From positions 64,001-128,000 of the forward strand of contig CAVUVW010000011.1 of assembly GCA_963745035.1 (NCBI GenBank): DNA of 64,000 nucleotides, in the 5' to 3' direction. This document shows, piece after piece, positions 1 through 10,948 of this stretch. A model generated the notes under the pieces. That model searched no databases. It worked only from the letters and a program-made list of their open reading frames with translations, and had not been told where the DNA came from. How positions within the stretch are numbered: position 1 is the first letter of the stretch; each line of letters opens with the position of its first letter. This stretch comes from an uncultured delta proteobacterium (GTDB taxonomy: Bacteria; Desulfobacterota; Binatia; UBA9968). Made by a program: the position numbers and the translations under genes.

Positions 1-17
1 AAGAGCTGTTTGCACAT
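1..17 (-). CDS. 5' end of a gene running off the window (MCKQL...)
   Basis: Minus-strand ATG at 17 preceded by AAGGAGG Shine-Dalgarno. Confidence 0.5.
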
Positions 18-198
18 ATTGCCTCCTTGAATAGCTCGGTCGCCGGCTCGTGTTTACGATATAGTAGACGATGGGAGAATAGACAAGGGTGGAAGACCCG
101 GACGCACGTGGTCGAGAAAATCGGTGGAGTTGCGAATTCGAGGTAGTTCGAAGCAAATACCTTATCCGCTAAAGTCCGAGTTTGCCTGGAGCGACATC

Positions 199-1863
199 CT
201 ACGATAGCGGGAATCGCGCAATGTTGTTACGTCCCAGTCCGCGGAGCCCGTCGACGCTGATTGCATGACCGTTTTGGCAAACAATCTTATCGATCATCGA
301 AAGAATGCGGATGAAGAGATCCGAGCGAAAACGGCGATTCGGAATTCTTTTCGCACCGTTCCACGAGTACAAACGTCGGTCGCCGAGAATCGTTTGCAGC
401 GACTCAAACCCGATCCGGTTCCGTTCATCGGCCCATTGCTCGCCCATCAACTCTTCCAGAGAGCAGGAGCCGTCTGTCGGCAAGCCTTTGAGAAAGTTCA
501 AAATTCTCGTCGTGACGAACAGGGTGTAAATATCGTCGCGACTGAAATTTTGCGTTTCGATCGCCAGGGCGGTTAGGCGGGCTTTTACGTAGTCCGCTTC
601 GGTGAGCCCCACGCCATGCGCGATGGGCGCATTTGGCGTCCTGTAGAACGGCGAGGCGCCGAGCAGCACGGGAAGGCGGGCGTTGAAGGCGAGGGTTTGG
701 ATCATACTATCGAGGCTTTCGTTCGGCAGTCCCAAGATTTGATAAGAGACTATTTTGAAGCCGAGTTGATACGCTTTGTTTACCACTTTTATATAAGCTT
801 CGAGAGTGTGCGGACGCTTGGTGGTTTCGCGCACGGTCTTGTCGGAGCTCACCAGCGCGAGGTTCAAGTGTGAGAAGCCCGCCCGGTACATTAACTCGAG
901 CAACTCGTCGTCGAGGCTCAGATAGCTGATGCCGTTCATCGCGACGAACTCCATCTCGCGATGAGGAAACTGCTCGATGAGCCGGCGGCAAAGTTCCTTG
1001 AAGGTTTGCTTGTAGTAAGTGAGATTATCGTCCTCGAAATCAATTACGCGATAACCCTGCCGGTAACGAATCTCGATTTCTTCCAGGACGTTTTCCAGCG
1101 AACGGCGGCGGTAATTTGTTCCGAAAGTCGTGTGGACCGAACAGAATGAACACTTGTGCGGGCAGCTGCGCGACGTGATCATGAAGGTCATTGGCTTGCC
1201 GGCGAGCGTATAGGGCGATGGCGAGAGATTGTCCAAATCGGGAAACGACAGATCGTCGATGGGAAAGTTATCTTGGATCGGGTTGTAAATGATCTCGCCG
1301 TTTCGCCTGTATACCAGGTTGGGCACTGCGTCCAAGGGCAGATGCTCAAGCAGGTGGCGAAGAAATGCAACGATTGCTCTTTCGCCTTCGCCGCGGATAA
1401 CGTAATCGACATGGGGCGATCCGAGCAGGGATTCGGGCGCCGCCGACGCATGGGAGCCGCCGATCACGACGGCGGCGGCGGAGCGCTTCTTTATGCGCGC
1501 GGCGACTTCGAGCGCCTCGCGATAATAGGGGGTGAAGAGCGAGGAGATGCCGACGACGTCGGGCTTGAGCGCTGCGATTTCGTTTTCGATCACATCGAAC
1601 GATGCGCCAAAATGATAGTAACGATGGAACGTCGAGAACGGCGACTTGTCATCGACGGCGTAGTAATCGGTCAAGTAGCGCAACTCCTTCGGAATAGCTA
1701 CGGTGCGGCGGCCGGAGCCGCCGTGGTAGTCTTTGACGAGGACGTCGATCTCGGGAAGATGCTTTTTTACCGCGGCTTTGAGATAGCAGAGGCCGATGGG
1801 TTGTAGCCGCACGTCGGTGTCGTAAAAGTCCTGGATCGGGGGCTGGATAAGCAGAAGTTTCAT
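199..1863 (-). CDS. B12-binding domain radical SAM protein
   Basis: CPHKCSFC (CxxxCxxC); N-terminal cobalamin-binding domain (PIGLCYL, VVIGGSHAS, GEGE); FEDDN motif. Confidence 0.9.
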   Translation of the reverse strand: MKLLLIQPPIQDFYDTDVRLQPIGLCYLKAAVKKHLPEIDVLVKDYHGGSGRRTVAIPKELRYLTDYYAVDDKSPFSTFHRYYHFGASFDVIENEIAALKPDVVGISSLFTPYYREALEVAARIKKRSAAAVVIGGSHASAAPESLLGSPHVDYVIRGEGERAIVAFLRHLLEHLPLDAVPNLVYRRNGEIIYNPIQDNFPIDDLSFPDLDNLSPSPYTLAGKPMTFMITSRSCPHKCSFCSVHTTFGTNYRRRSLENVLEEIEIRYRQGYRVIDFEDDNLTYYKQTFKELCRRLIEQFPHREMEFVAMNGISYLSLDDELLELMYRAGFSHLNLALVSSDKTVRETTKRPHTLEAYIKVVNKAYQLGFKIVSYQILGLPNESLDSMIQTLAFNARLPVLLGASPFYRTPNAPIAHGVGLTEADYVKARLTALAIETQNFSRDDIYTLFVTTRILNFLKGLPTDGSCSLEELMGEQWADERNRIGFESLQTILGDRRLYSWNGAKRIPNRRFRSDLFIRILSMIDKIVCQNGHAISVDGLRGLGRNNIARFPLS

Positions 1864-2029
1864 CGCGCTGGAGATTTATAGCGCATGGAGTGAGGGTAGG
1901 GAAAGCCGTTGGCCCAGCGCGGCAGAGCTACTTGCGTGGTTGCGAAAACTCTCGACGATGGTGGTACGGTGAGTTTCAACTGTGCTAAGGATGAGGCGAC
2001 TCCGATCAGGCAATCTCGAAGGACGGACG

Positions 2030-3097
2030 ATGAAAATCACACAAGTGGAAACTCGCGCGTTGGAGATGCCGTACACTAAGCCATTGGTGACGGCGACCAA
2101 CAATTTTACCGTCGCGCGCGGATTGCTCGTGACCGTCGTGACGGACGGCGGGACTCAGGGGTATGGCTATTCCGACCTCTTCCCGCGCACGGGCGAGACG
2201 CCGGAAACGGCGCAGCACGTCATTCAATCGGTGCTGAAAGCGAAGGTTGTCGGGAAGGAACTGGAAGACCTCGCGCGCATACGGGCCGACATCGATCATG
2301 TACTGACCGGACACCCGAGGGCAAAATCGTCACTCGAAAGCGCGATGTACGATGCGTTGGCGCGAAGCTATCATATGCCGCTCTCCGTCATGATGGGCGG
2401 AAAGTTCCGCAACGAGATCAAGGTCATCAAAATGGTGAGCGTCGGGGAGCCCGAAGCGATGGCTGAGGAGGCGAAACAGCTCGTCAACGAGGGGATGGCG
2501 TTGAAGCTCAAGGTCAGCGGCAAGTTTGAAAAGGACCTGCCGCGGGTCGCGGCCGTGCGCAAAGCCGTTGGCGAAGGCGTTTTCATAAAGATCGACGCCA
2601 ACGAGGCGTACGACGCCAAGACCGCGATTCGTTTGGCTAACGCCCTTGCGGATCTCGGCGTCGAAGTCTTCGAGCAGCCAGTGCCGCGCGATCAGTTCGA
2701 TGCGCTGTGGGAAGTCAAAAAACATTCGCCTCTCAAGATCGAAGCCGACCAGTCGGCGCGATCGTTCGCCGACGTGCAATTGATGATCAAGCATCGCATG
2801 GTCGACTCGGTGAACACCGGCATTCCGAAGGTCGGCAGCATCGGTGAGGTGCGGCGGATCGCCGAGTTATGCGCAGCCAACGGCGTGCGCTGCGCGCTGT
2901 CGAATACGGCGGGCAGCATGGTTGGCGACGCGGCCGCGGTCCACTTGGCCGCGAGCACACCTGGAATTTCACCACTATGCGAGCTCGGCGAGTTCGAGGT
3001 GATTACCGGCGATCCGTTCACCGGACTTTCGGTCGAGAAGGGCACGATCCGCGTGCCGGAGGGCGAAGGGTTGGGGGTGAATCCGAGAGGAATGTAA
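2030..3097 (+). CDS. Enolase-superfamily enzyme (mandelate racemase / muconate lactonizing enzyme family)
   Basis: KLK, DANE, EQP and DQS motifs; ATG at 2030 chosen over the ORF-track start at 1982. Confidence 0.88.
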   Translation: MKITQVETRALEMPYTKPLVTATNNFTVARGLLVTVVTDGGTQGYGYSDLFPRTGETPETAQHVIQSVLKAKVVGKELEDLARIRADIDHVLTGHPRAKSSLESAMYDALARSYHMPLSVMMGGKFRNEIKVIKMVSVGEPEAMAEEAKQLVNEGMALKLKVSGKFEKDLPRVAAVRKAVGEGVFIKIDANEAYDAKTAIRLANALADLGVEVFEQPVPRDQFDALWEVKKHSPLKIEADQSARSFADVQLMIKHRMVDSVNTGIPKVGSIGEVRRIAELCAANGVRCALSNTAGSMVGDAAAVHLAASTPGISPLCELGEFEVITGDPFTGLSVEKGTIRVPEGEGLGVNPRGM

Positions 3098-3102
3098 ATC
3101 GG

Positions 3103-3253
3103 CTGGAGAAATGGAGTGTTGGAGTAATGGAGTGTTGCGCACAATTGACGTCATCGAGACGGAGTGTCTAATTCCGCTCGCTCCAGAGGATTGAGGTGAG
3201 GGCGAGCGTAGCTGAGAGATGGCCCTCACCGTAGCCCTTCGAAGGGCGAGGGA
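3103..3253. repeat. Intergenic 8-bp tandem units (TGGAGTRW-like) followed by a GC-rich palindromic REP-like element
   Basis: tggagaaa-tggagtgt-tggagtaa-tggagtgt, then ggtgagggc...gccctcacc inverted repeat and cccttcgaaggg hairpin. Confidence 0.6.
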
Positions 3254-3276
3254 ACTACTTAAGACAACAATAGGAA

Positions 3277-4716
3277 ATGATTATGCCGGATCTGCGTACT
3301 TGGCTAAACGAGGTCGATAAGCTCGGCCAGTTGATGACCGTCGAGAACGTGCACTGGGATTTGGAGCTCTCGACCTTGACCGAAATCATCAATGAGCGCT
3401 CAAAAACCCGTCCGGCGATTCTTTTCGACAGCATAAAAGATTATCCGCAAGGCTACCGGGTTGCCGCGAATCTGGTTTCTTCGACGGGACGTTTGGCGCT
3501 GACCCTCGGCATGGACAGCGGCTTGAGCGATATCGAGTTCATTCAATCTTGGCGCCGGCAGGTTAAGAAAATTTCTCCGCTCGCCGCTGAAACCGTGCCC
3601 ACCGCTCCGCTCTTCGAGAATGTTCAGAAGGGCAAAGACATCGACGTTCTCAAATTCCCTGTGCCGCGCTGGCACGAGCTCGACGGCGGGCGCTACATCG
3701 GCACGGACGATCTCGTGATCACTCGCGATCCTGAAGAGGGCTGGGTAAACGTCGGCACCTACCGCATCATGGTGCATGGGCCGGACCGTTTGGCGCTGCA
3801 CATGTCGCCGGGCAAGCACGGCCGCGTGCACAAGGACAAATATCACGCGCAGGGAAAGTCATTGCCGATCGCTGTTTCCTTCGGCCATCATCCGATCAAT
3901 TTTGTCGTCGCGTCTACCGACGTGCCGAATCGCGTGAACGAATACGACTATGCCGGCGGCATCCTCGGCAAACCGCTCCAGGTGGTGCAAGGTCCGATTA
4001 CCGGTTTACCGATTCCCGCCGATGCGGAGATCGCCATCGAAGGGGAAGTCGGCCTGAGCGACGTGATGCCTGAAGGGCCGTTCGGCGAGTGGACCGGCTA
4101 CTACGCGAGCAATCAACCGGCTGTGCCGGTGATTCAAGTCAAGGCGATCTATTTCCGCAACGATCCGATCCTGTGCGGCTTTCCGCTGTTGAAACCCTCG
4201 AGCGGCGACAACCTGCATTTCTCACTGATGCGCTCGGCGCTGATCTGGAATGCTCTCGACGAAGCCGGCGTGCCCGACGTCACCGGCGTCTGGTGCCACC
4301 CGTCAGGCGGCAGATTCTTGACCGTGCTTTCGATCAAGCAGCGCTATCCCGGCCACGCGCGCCAGGCGGGCATGATCGCGAGCCAGTGCCGCTCTGGCGC
4401 TTACCTCGGCCGCTACGTGGTGGTCGTGGATGACGACGTCGACATCACCGATTCGGAAGAGTTTCTCTGGGTGCTCAGCAGCCGCTCCGATCCCGCGCAG
4501 TCGATCGAAATCCTGCGCCGCGCCTGGAGCGGACCGCTCGATCCGCGCATCCCGCGCGACGAAGTCGGCCACAGCTCGCGCGCGGTGATCGATGCCACCC
4601 GCCCCTACGAGTGGCGCGAAAAATTTCCCAAGGTCAGTGGCGCCAGCCGCGAACTCAAGAATAAAGTCGCGGGCGATTGGCGCAGCTTTCTCGATGAGAG
4701 ACTCAGCAGGAGATAA
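3277..4716 (+). CDS. UbiD family (prFMN-dependent) decarboxylase
   Basis: NVGTYR, EGPFGEWTGYY, VVVVDDDVD and IDATRP motifs. Confidence 0.93.
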   Translation: MIMPDLRTWLNEVDKLGQLMTVENVHWDLELSTLTEIINERSKTRPAILFDSIKDYPQGYRVAANLVSSTGRLALTLGMDSGLSDIEFIQSWRRQVKKISPLAAETVPTAPLFENVQKGKDIDVLKFPVPRWHELDGGRYIGTDDLVITRDPEEGWVNVGTYRIMVHGPDRLALHMSPGKHGRVHKDKYHAQGKSLPIAVSFGHHPINFVVASTDVPNRVNEYDYAGGILGKPLQVVQGPITGLPIPADAEIAIEGEVGLSDVMPEGPFGEWTGYYASNQPAVPVIQVKAIYFRNDPILCGFPLLKPSSGDNLHFSLMRSALIWNALDEAGVPDVTGVWCHPSGGRFLTVLSIKQRYPGHARQAGMIASQCRSGAYLGRYVVVVDDDVDITDSEEFLWVLSSRSDPAQSIEILRRAWSGPLDPRIPRDEVGHSSRAVIDATRPYEWREKFPKVSGASRELKNKVAGDWRSFLDERLSRR

Positions 4717-4770
4717 GCGGCGCCTGCTTCCGAACTTGGCAGGGGCGTTTGCCTCTCATCGGGAAATCAC

Positions 4771-5754
4771 ATGAATCGACAATGCCAGACTAAAGGAATA
4801 CTCGAACGCTACCGCGTTCTTGCCGTTGCGATGACGTTGCTTCTTTCATCGTACTGTGCGGATGCGCAAACTTCGGACAAAGTTAGGCTAGGTGTCTCGG
4901 ACGTATCTTTTACTTTTTTGCCGCATTTGATCGCCAAGGATACCGGGATTTTTCAAAGGCGGGGTCTCAACGTCGAGGTCATTTTCATTGGCGGTCCAGT
5001 CGGAACGGCGGCGTTAGCGGCGGGAGAGCTGGACTACAGCGCGTCCACCGATTCCGGCTTGCCGGCGGCGGTGCAAGGTGTGCCGATCAAGGCGGTTTTG
5101 TTCGCGATGAAAGGGCCGCCTTTCTATCTTATTTCCCAGCCTGGGTTGAAAAAGATCAACGAGCTCGCTGGTAAAAAGGTGGGGCTAAGCCGGCTCGGCA
5201 CCTCTCCCCATTATGCCAGTCGCCGTATCTTCAGAAAGTTCGGTTTCGATCCCGAGAAGGTCACTTATATTCAAGCGGGCTCCAACATGAATCGGGTCAT
5301 CGCTCTTACCAACGGTTCCTTGGACGCCTCCATGCTTTCCCTGCCGACCGCGCGAATCATGATCGACAAAGGTTTTACCGAATTGGCTTCTCCTCGGGAT
5401 ATAGGTTTGGTGCCGCACGCCGGGCTCATCGCGAGGAACGCCATTATCGAGAAGAATCGCGAGCAGGTGAAAAGGATGGTCGCCTCGCTCGTCGACGCCA
5501 TGGAGTTCATGGCTAACAACAAAGCCAAGACGATCGATTACATTGCCGGTAAATGGAAACTCAATCGCGAGCTGAGCGAGCAGCTCCTTGTTAGAGACTT
5601 GCTTCCGATGTTGACCATGGACGGACGCATGGCGCGCGAGAGCGTGCAAGAGCATCTCGACACGGAGTATCAGAATAAATTCATCACGCGCAAAGCTCAG
5701 GCGAGCGAGGTCATGGATCTCAGTATGCTCGAGGAGGTTTTGGCGAAAAGATAA
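4771..5754 (+). CDS. ABC-type substrate-binding protein, NMT1/THI5/SsuA-like
   Basis: Signal peptide; GIFQRRGLNVEV and ELAGKKVG motifs. Confidence 0.85.
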   Translation: MNRQCQTKGILERYRVLAVAMTLLLSSYCADAQTSDKVRLGVSDVSFTFLPHLIAKDTGIFQRRGLNVEVIFIGGPVGTAALAAGELDYSASTDSGLPAAVQGVPIKAVLFAMKGPPFYLISQPGLKKINELAGKKVGLSRLGTSPHYASRRIFRKFGFDPEKVTYIQAGSNMNRVIALTNGSLDASMLSLPTARIMIDKGFTELASPRDIGLVPHAGLIARNAIIEKNREQVKRMVASLVDAMEFMANNKAKTIDYIAGKWKLNRELSEQLLVRDLLPMLTMDGRMARESVQEHLDTEYQNKFITRKAQASEVMDLSMLEEVLAKR

Positions 5755-5775
5755 TAGACTCGGTCCGACTGAAGC

Positions 5776-6750
5776 CTAGCGACCAACTTTGCCGAAAACT
5801 TTTTCGGTGAATCCTTCCTTGACGAGCCGATCGACGATGCTGTTGTCGACAAGCTTGTCCGTCAATTGATCAGCGCTGGCGCCTTTGATCGACTCGATCT
5901 CGATGGCGGTGGAGATCGTGCGGGGATCTACGCGGGGGATTCGCTCCAAGAATTTACTCACGATGGCATAGGTATCTTCGAGGAAAGCCGGGTCGCTGCG
6001 CTTGAAATACTTGCTGAAGATCTTCGCCGCCAGGCCGCGATCTCGAACCATGAACCCCACGCCTTCGATGTACGCCTTGAGCAGCCGTTCAGCCGTGTCG
6101 GCGTTGGTCTTGAGAAAGTCCTGGGTCACGGTGATCAGGTTCATGGCGTAGGGAACGTCCAGGTCCGCGGCGTTCGCAAGCGGCCGCGCCGCGGTCTTGG
6201 GTTTCACCGTGGTGACGAAGCCGGCGATTATTTTTTGCTCGAACGCTGCCTGAAGCTCCGGGTTGCCGCCGACCGGCCGCAACGTGACCGACTGAGTCAT
6301 CCCAAGATTGCGCAGCATAAGAGTTGTGATCGCATGACCGGTGGAACCGAATCGGGTAATGCCTATCGTTTGGCCTCTGAGCTGCTCCGGTCGCGTAAGC
6401 TCCGGTTGAGCATAGAGCGTCATGGGCGGGCGATTCATCACCGATCCGATGGCGACGATCGGCGCACCCCGTGAAGCGAGCAAGACTGCGCTCGTGCCGC
6501 CGGGCGTGGCGACTTCCAGACTGCCGCCCAAAAGCGCCTGGGCATTGGTCGCGCTCGATGAAATGTAAATAAGCTGGACGTCCAAATTATATTTCCTGAA
6601 CGCGCCGGTTTCCTGCGCCGCCCATACGCCGGAGAGCGGCGGAGCGATGGAAGCGTAGGCGAAGCGGAGCGTAGCCGCTCCGGCTTGATTCCACGCCAGA
6701 ACCGTCGTTGCGACAATCAGGGAACTCAGGAAGGCAAATCTATTCTTCAT
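5776..6750 (-). CDS. ABC-type substrate-binding protein, NMT1/THI5/SsuA-like
   Basis: Signal peptide; GAFRKYNLDVQL and LRGQTIGITRFGS motifs. Confidence 0.85.
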   Translation of the reverse strand: MKNRFAFLSSLIVATTVLAWNQAGAATLRFAYASIAPPLSGVWAAQETGAFRKYNLDVQLIYISSSATNAQALLGGSLEVATPGGTSAVLLASRGAPIVAIGSVMNRPPMTLYAQPELTRPEQLRGQTIGITRFGSTGHAITTLMLRNLGMTQSVTLRPVGGNPELQAAFEQKIIAGFVTTVKPKTAARPLANAADLDVPYAMNLITVTQDFLKTNADTAERLLKAYIEGVGFMVRDRGLAAKIFSKYFKRSDPAFLEDTYAIVSKFLERIPRVDPRTISTAIEIESIKGASADQLTDKLVDNSIVDRLVKEGFTEKVFGKVGR

Positions 6751-6770
6751 CGCACTTTCAAAGCTCCCGA

Positions 6771-7841
6771 TTACTCAACTTTATGGAGCTTGGCCGAAAG
6801 CCAATCGCCGATATGGAAGAGCACCGACTTGTTGTCGTAATACACGCAGTGGGGCGCTCCATCGTAGATTTTCAGGTCTTTAGGGCCGGGAGCTTTTTCG
6901 TACATCTTGACCGTCTGCGACGGCGGAATGACCACGTCCTCCGATCCGTTGATCGCAAAAAACGGCACCGTAAGCTTATCGATCATCCCATCGAGGCTAA
7001 AGAGTTTTCTCGTTTGCGGCCACTCCGCTTCGGACACCTTCATGTTCAACATGCAATTATGCTTGAGCATGTGAATGATTTCGAAATCCTCCAGGCTGTA
7101 GAAGCTGCCGAGAGACACGCAAGCTTTAAATCTCTTCTCTCGCGCCGCTGCTCTGACCGCGATGTAGCCCGCGAAGCTTTGCCCGACGATCGCCAGTCGC
7201 TTCGCGTCGATCTCCGGCCGCCGCTCCAAATAGTCCACCGCTGCGCTGATCGATTCGGTTACGTCGGGCAGCAGCTGCATGCCTTGAAAGCGGGTTTCAC
7301 CTTGCCCGGCGGTATCGATCGCCAAGGTGGAGAGTCCTTTTTCCAGCAGAAAATTTGAGATCGTATGGAGCTCTATTTCTCTCGCGGCATCGAGGCCGCG
7401 AAGTAGGATTACGCACGGCGGTTTGCTGGTGGCCGGCGCTTGACGGAAATAGGCCGAGAACGTAAGCCCACCGAAAGGATACTCGACTCTTTCAGCCGGG
7501 ATGCGAAAATGCCCGCGCGCCTTGTCGTACACTGTAACGACCGAGCGGTAGGCTCCTTTTCTGATATCGTTGTCCTCGAAGGTGCCGAGCAGGCCGATAT
7601 GATAGTACGCCGCCGCGGATAAATAGTTGGCGACTTTGACTTGGTTGTCCGCCATAGCGTCCGCGCTTTCTTCGAATCTTTTTCCTACTTTGCCAAATTC
7701 GCTGCACCAGTCACCAAGCTCATGGACCTTTGCGAATGTGTCGAACAGCTCTTCCGCTCTCGCGCCGAGGCCAAACCAGCGGCGCACCCTGCCGTGATCC
7801 TTCAACTGGCCGAGCACGGCTCGCGCTTCTGCGGCGTTCAT
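6771..7841 (-). CDS. Alpha/beta hydrolase (FrsA / 2,6-dihydropseudooxynicotine hydrolase-like)
   Basis: GQSFAG nucleophile elbow; GSEDVV Asp; GAPHC His; true start taken as MNAAEA at 7841 because the ORF-track extension looks non-coding. Confidence 0.82.
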   Translation of the reverse strand: MNAAEARAVLGQLKDHGRVRRWFGLGARAEELFDTFAKVHELGDWCSEFGKVGKRFEESADAMADNQVKVANYLSAAAYYHIGLLGTFEDNDIRKGAYRSVVTVYDKARGHFRIPAERVEYPFGGLTFSAYFRQAPATSKPPCVILLRGLDAAREIELHTISNFLLEKGLSTLAIDTAGQGETRFQGMQLLPDVTESISAAVDYLERRPEIDAKRLAIVGQSFAGYIAVRAAAREKRFKACVSLGSFYSLEDFEIIHMLKHNCMLNMKVSEAEWPQTRKLFSLDGMIDKLTVPFFAINGSEDVVIPPSQTVKMYEKAPGPKDLKIYDGAPHCVYYDNKSVLFHIGDWLSAKLHKVE

Positions 7842-8037
7842 CTTTCGATCCTCCCAAGTTGCCGTCGATTTTCTTCTCCAGTGATGTAGCACAGCCGCTC
7901 GGCCATGACCACGCAGACGGGGCCGGCAAGAGAAAAATGGATCGGTTGAGATGGTGAGCGTACTGACTTCTCGGCGATCGCGGGTAAGGCCGATGTCCGA
8001 GAGCGAAGATTGTGTTCTGTGACAGGATATGCGGCGA

Positions 8038-8156
8038 GGCGCTGATCTGGAATTCGCTCGACGAAGCCGGGGTGCCCGACGTGACCGGCGTCTGGTGTTA
8101 CCCCTCAGCGGCAGATTCTTAGCCGTGCTTTCGATCAAGCAGCGCTACCCCGACCA
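8038..8156 (+). pseudogene. Diverged internal fragment of the UbiD gene (copy of 4236-4355)
   Basis: Manual alignment: about 12 differences over 120 nt, many at third codon positions, with one 1-nt deletion. Confidence 0.9.
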
Positions 8157-8206
8157 TTGCTCGTCACGCTAAGGCTAAGCAGCGCTGTCTGCCGTTTTTC
8201 AGGGGC

Positions 8207-9244
8207 TCACTTGCGCGATTGATCGAAGCGAGCCCGCGCTCTTTGGTTTGTTGACGGCATGGCGGGGATCTCGCCGCGCAGGGCTCGCAGAATATTGTCC
8301 GCTGCACGCAGTTCGATTTGCCGGCGCACTTCATCCACCGCCGAGCCCAGGTGCGGTGTAAATAGCGTTTGACCGCGATTATCGAGAAGAGTTTGCGGAA
8401 TCGATTGGGGACAGTCTTGCCGTTGCAGGTCTTCCATCTCGAATACGTCCGCGGCGTAACCCGCGAGCTTGCCCGACTTCAGCGCGCGCGCCACCGCAGT
8501 TTCATCGACCACCGAGCCGCGGCCGACGTTCACGAGATAGCTGCTGGGTTTCATGACGGCGAGGGTGCGTCGTTGATCAAGTGCAATGTGCCATCCAAGA
8601 GCGGCGCCGCTAGAATCACGCAATCACTTTGTTTCAATAACTTGCTCGAGCGTGAGTCCAATCCAGCCCCTCGCGACTTCCTCGTTCGGTTCTAAACGAT
8701 GGCGATCGTGATACACGATCTTCACATCGAAACCGACGAGACGCTGCGCGATGGTCCGACCGACGGCGCCCATGCCGATGATGCCGACGACACGCCCGCT
8801 CAGTCCGGCGCCGTAAAGCTCCGGTCGCCAGCCGGTAAAATTTCCACTGTGCACGAAGCGATCGCCGTCGAGCACCCGGCGGGTGAGACCCAACAGCAGC
8901 GTAACCGCCAGCTCGGCGGTGGGAATCGTCAGGAGATCCGGGACGATGGTAAACCAGATGCCGCGCCGGCTCATGGCCTCGACGTCGAAGTTGTCGAAGC
9001 CTTTGAGAGCGGCGGCGACTATTTTCAAATTGGGGCAGTGGCGCAGGAATTCTTCATCGATCAGGTCCGGCATGAAGACCATGAGCGCATCGGCTTGCTG
9101 CGCTTTCTCGAGTAGTTCCTGGCGCGACCAGGTGGTGCGACGATCATTGACGATCACCGTGCAGCTTTGGCTTAAAAGCTCGACGACCTCGCGGTGAACC
9201 AGATGAGTGACGGTGACGCACGGTTTCACGGAAACCCCGTTCAT
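8207..9244 (-). CDS. ptxD: NAD-dependent phosphite dehydrogenase (frameshifts near 8560-8630, probably assembly errors)
   Basis: [45 protein letters not shown] and [10 protein letters not shown] match PtxD signatures; ATGA overlap with the ptxC stop. Confidence 0.88.
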
Positions 9245-10044
9245 TTGAACTGCCGGCGCAGATAACCGCTCAAGCCGTCGACCAAGGTGACCATGAGCAG
9301 CACTACAATTAGAATCGCCGAGAGGTCGCGATACTGCATGAGCCTGAGCGCCCCCATCAGCTCGAAGCCGATACCGCCGGCGCCGACCATACCCATAACC
9401 GTGGAGGCGCGGAAATTGTACTCCCAGCGGTAGATCGATACGTCGGCCATCTGCGGAATGACCTGCGGCAGGAAGCCGTGGAAGATCACCTGGAGCGGCG
9501 TATGGCCGGCGGCGCGCGACGCTTCCACGGGCGCGACGTGGGCGTGCTCGATCGCCTCGGCAAAGAATTTTCCCACCATGCCGACGGAGTGGAGACCGAG
9601 AGCCAGCACGCCAGGCAGTGCGCCAAAGCCGACGGCAGCGACGAAAACGATGCCCATGATCAATTCCGGGATCGAGCGCAGGCTGTTCAAAATGCCACGG
9701 GAGATTTGATAGACGAACGGATGCGGCGACGTGTTGACGGCCGCTAAGAACGCCAGCGGCAGAGAGAAGAGGACCGCGAGAGCGGTTCCCGCTACGCTCA
9801 TCATCAGCGTGTCCAAAACCGGCCACAGCCAGTTTTTCGCGTCGGTGAAATTGGGCGGCAACATTTCACCGACGAGACTCACGATGCTTGGAACGCCTTG
9901 CGCCAAGCGGGGACCGTCAAAAAGCTTGACGTGGTATAAAGCCGCTCCGACGATGACGAGAACCGCGCAGACGATCAGGCACGAGCGCTGCCACCGGCGC
10001 TGGTATTCGCTCAAGGTTGGGCCGTACGTGTTTTCTGTAGACAT
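9241..10044 (-). CDS. ptxC: Phosphite/phosphonate ABC transporter permease (PhnE family)
   Basis: RSIPELI, GKFFAEAIE and YRWEYNFRASTVMGMVGAGGIG motifs. Confidence 0.9.
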   Translation of the reverse strand: MSTENTYGPTLSEYQRRWQRSCLIVCAVLVIVGAALYHVKLFDGPRLAQGVPSIVSLVGEMLPPNFTDAKNWLWPVLDTLMMSVAGTALAVLFSLPLAFLAAVNTSPHPFVYQISRGILNSLRSIPELIMGIVFVAAVGFGALPGVLALGLHSVGMVGKFFAEAIEHAHVAPVEASRAAGHTPLQVIFHGFLPQVIPQMADVSIYRWEYNFRASTVMGMVGAGGIGFELMGALRLMQYRDLSAILIVVLLMVTLVDGLSGYLRRQFK

Positions 10045-10057
10045 CGGATTTGCAGGT

Positions 10058-10948
<891 letters not shown>

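Noticed and set aside
18-198. Cobalamin riboswitch near the B12 radical SAM gene
   Set aside because: No recognisable B12-box or conserved core, and the region lies downstream of that gene.
3277-4716. UbiD without a neighbouring ubiX as a novelty
   Set aside because: UbiX is commonly encoded elsewhere and shared among UbiD paralogs.
7842-8138. 99-aa Arg-rich N-terminal extension of the hydrolase ORF
   Set aside because: It is partly the antisense reading of the UbiD scar; the likely start is 7841.
8624-8626. TGA in ptxD as a second selenocysteine
   Set aside because: It arises from an indel, is not at a Cys-equivalent position, and the correct sequence continues in another frame.
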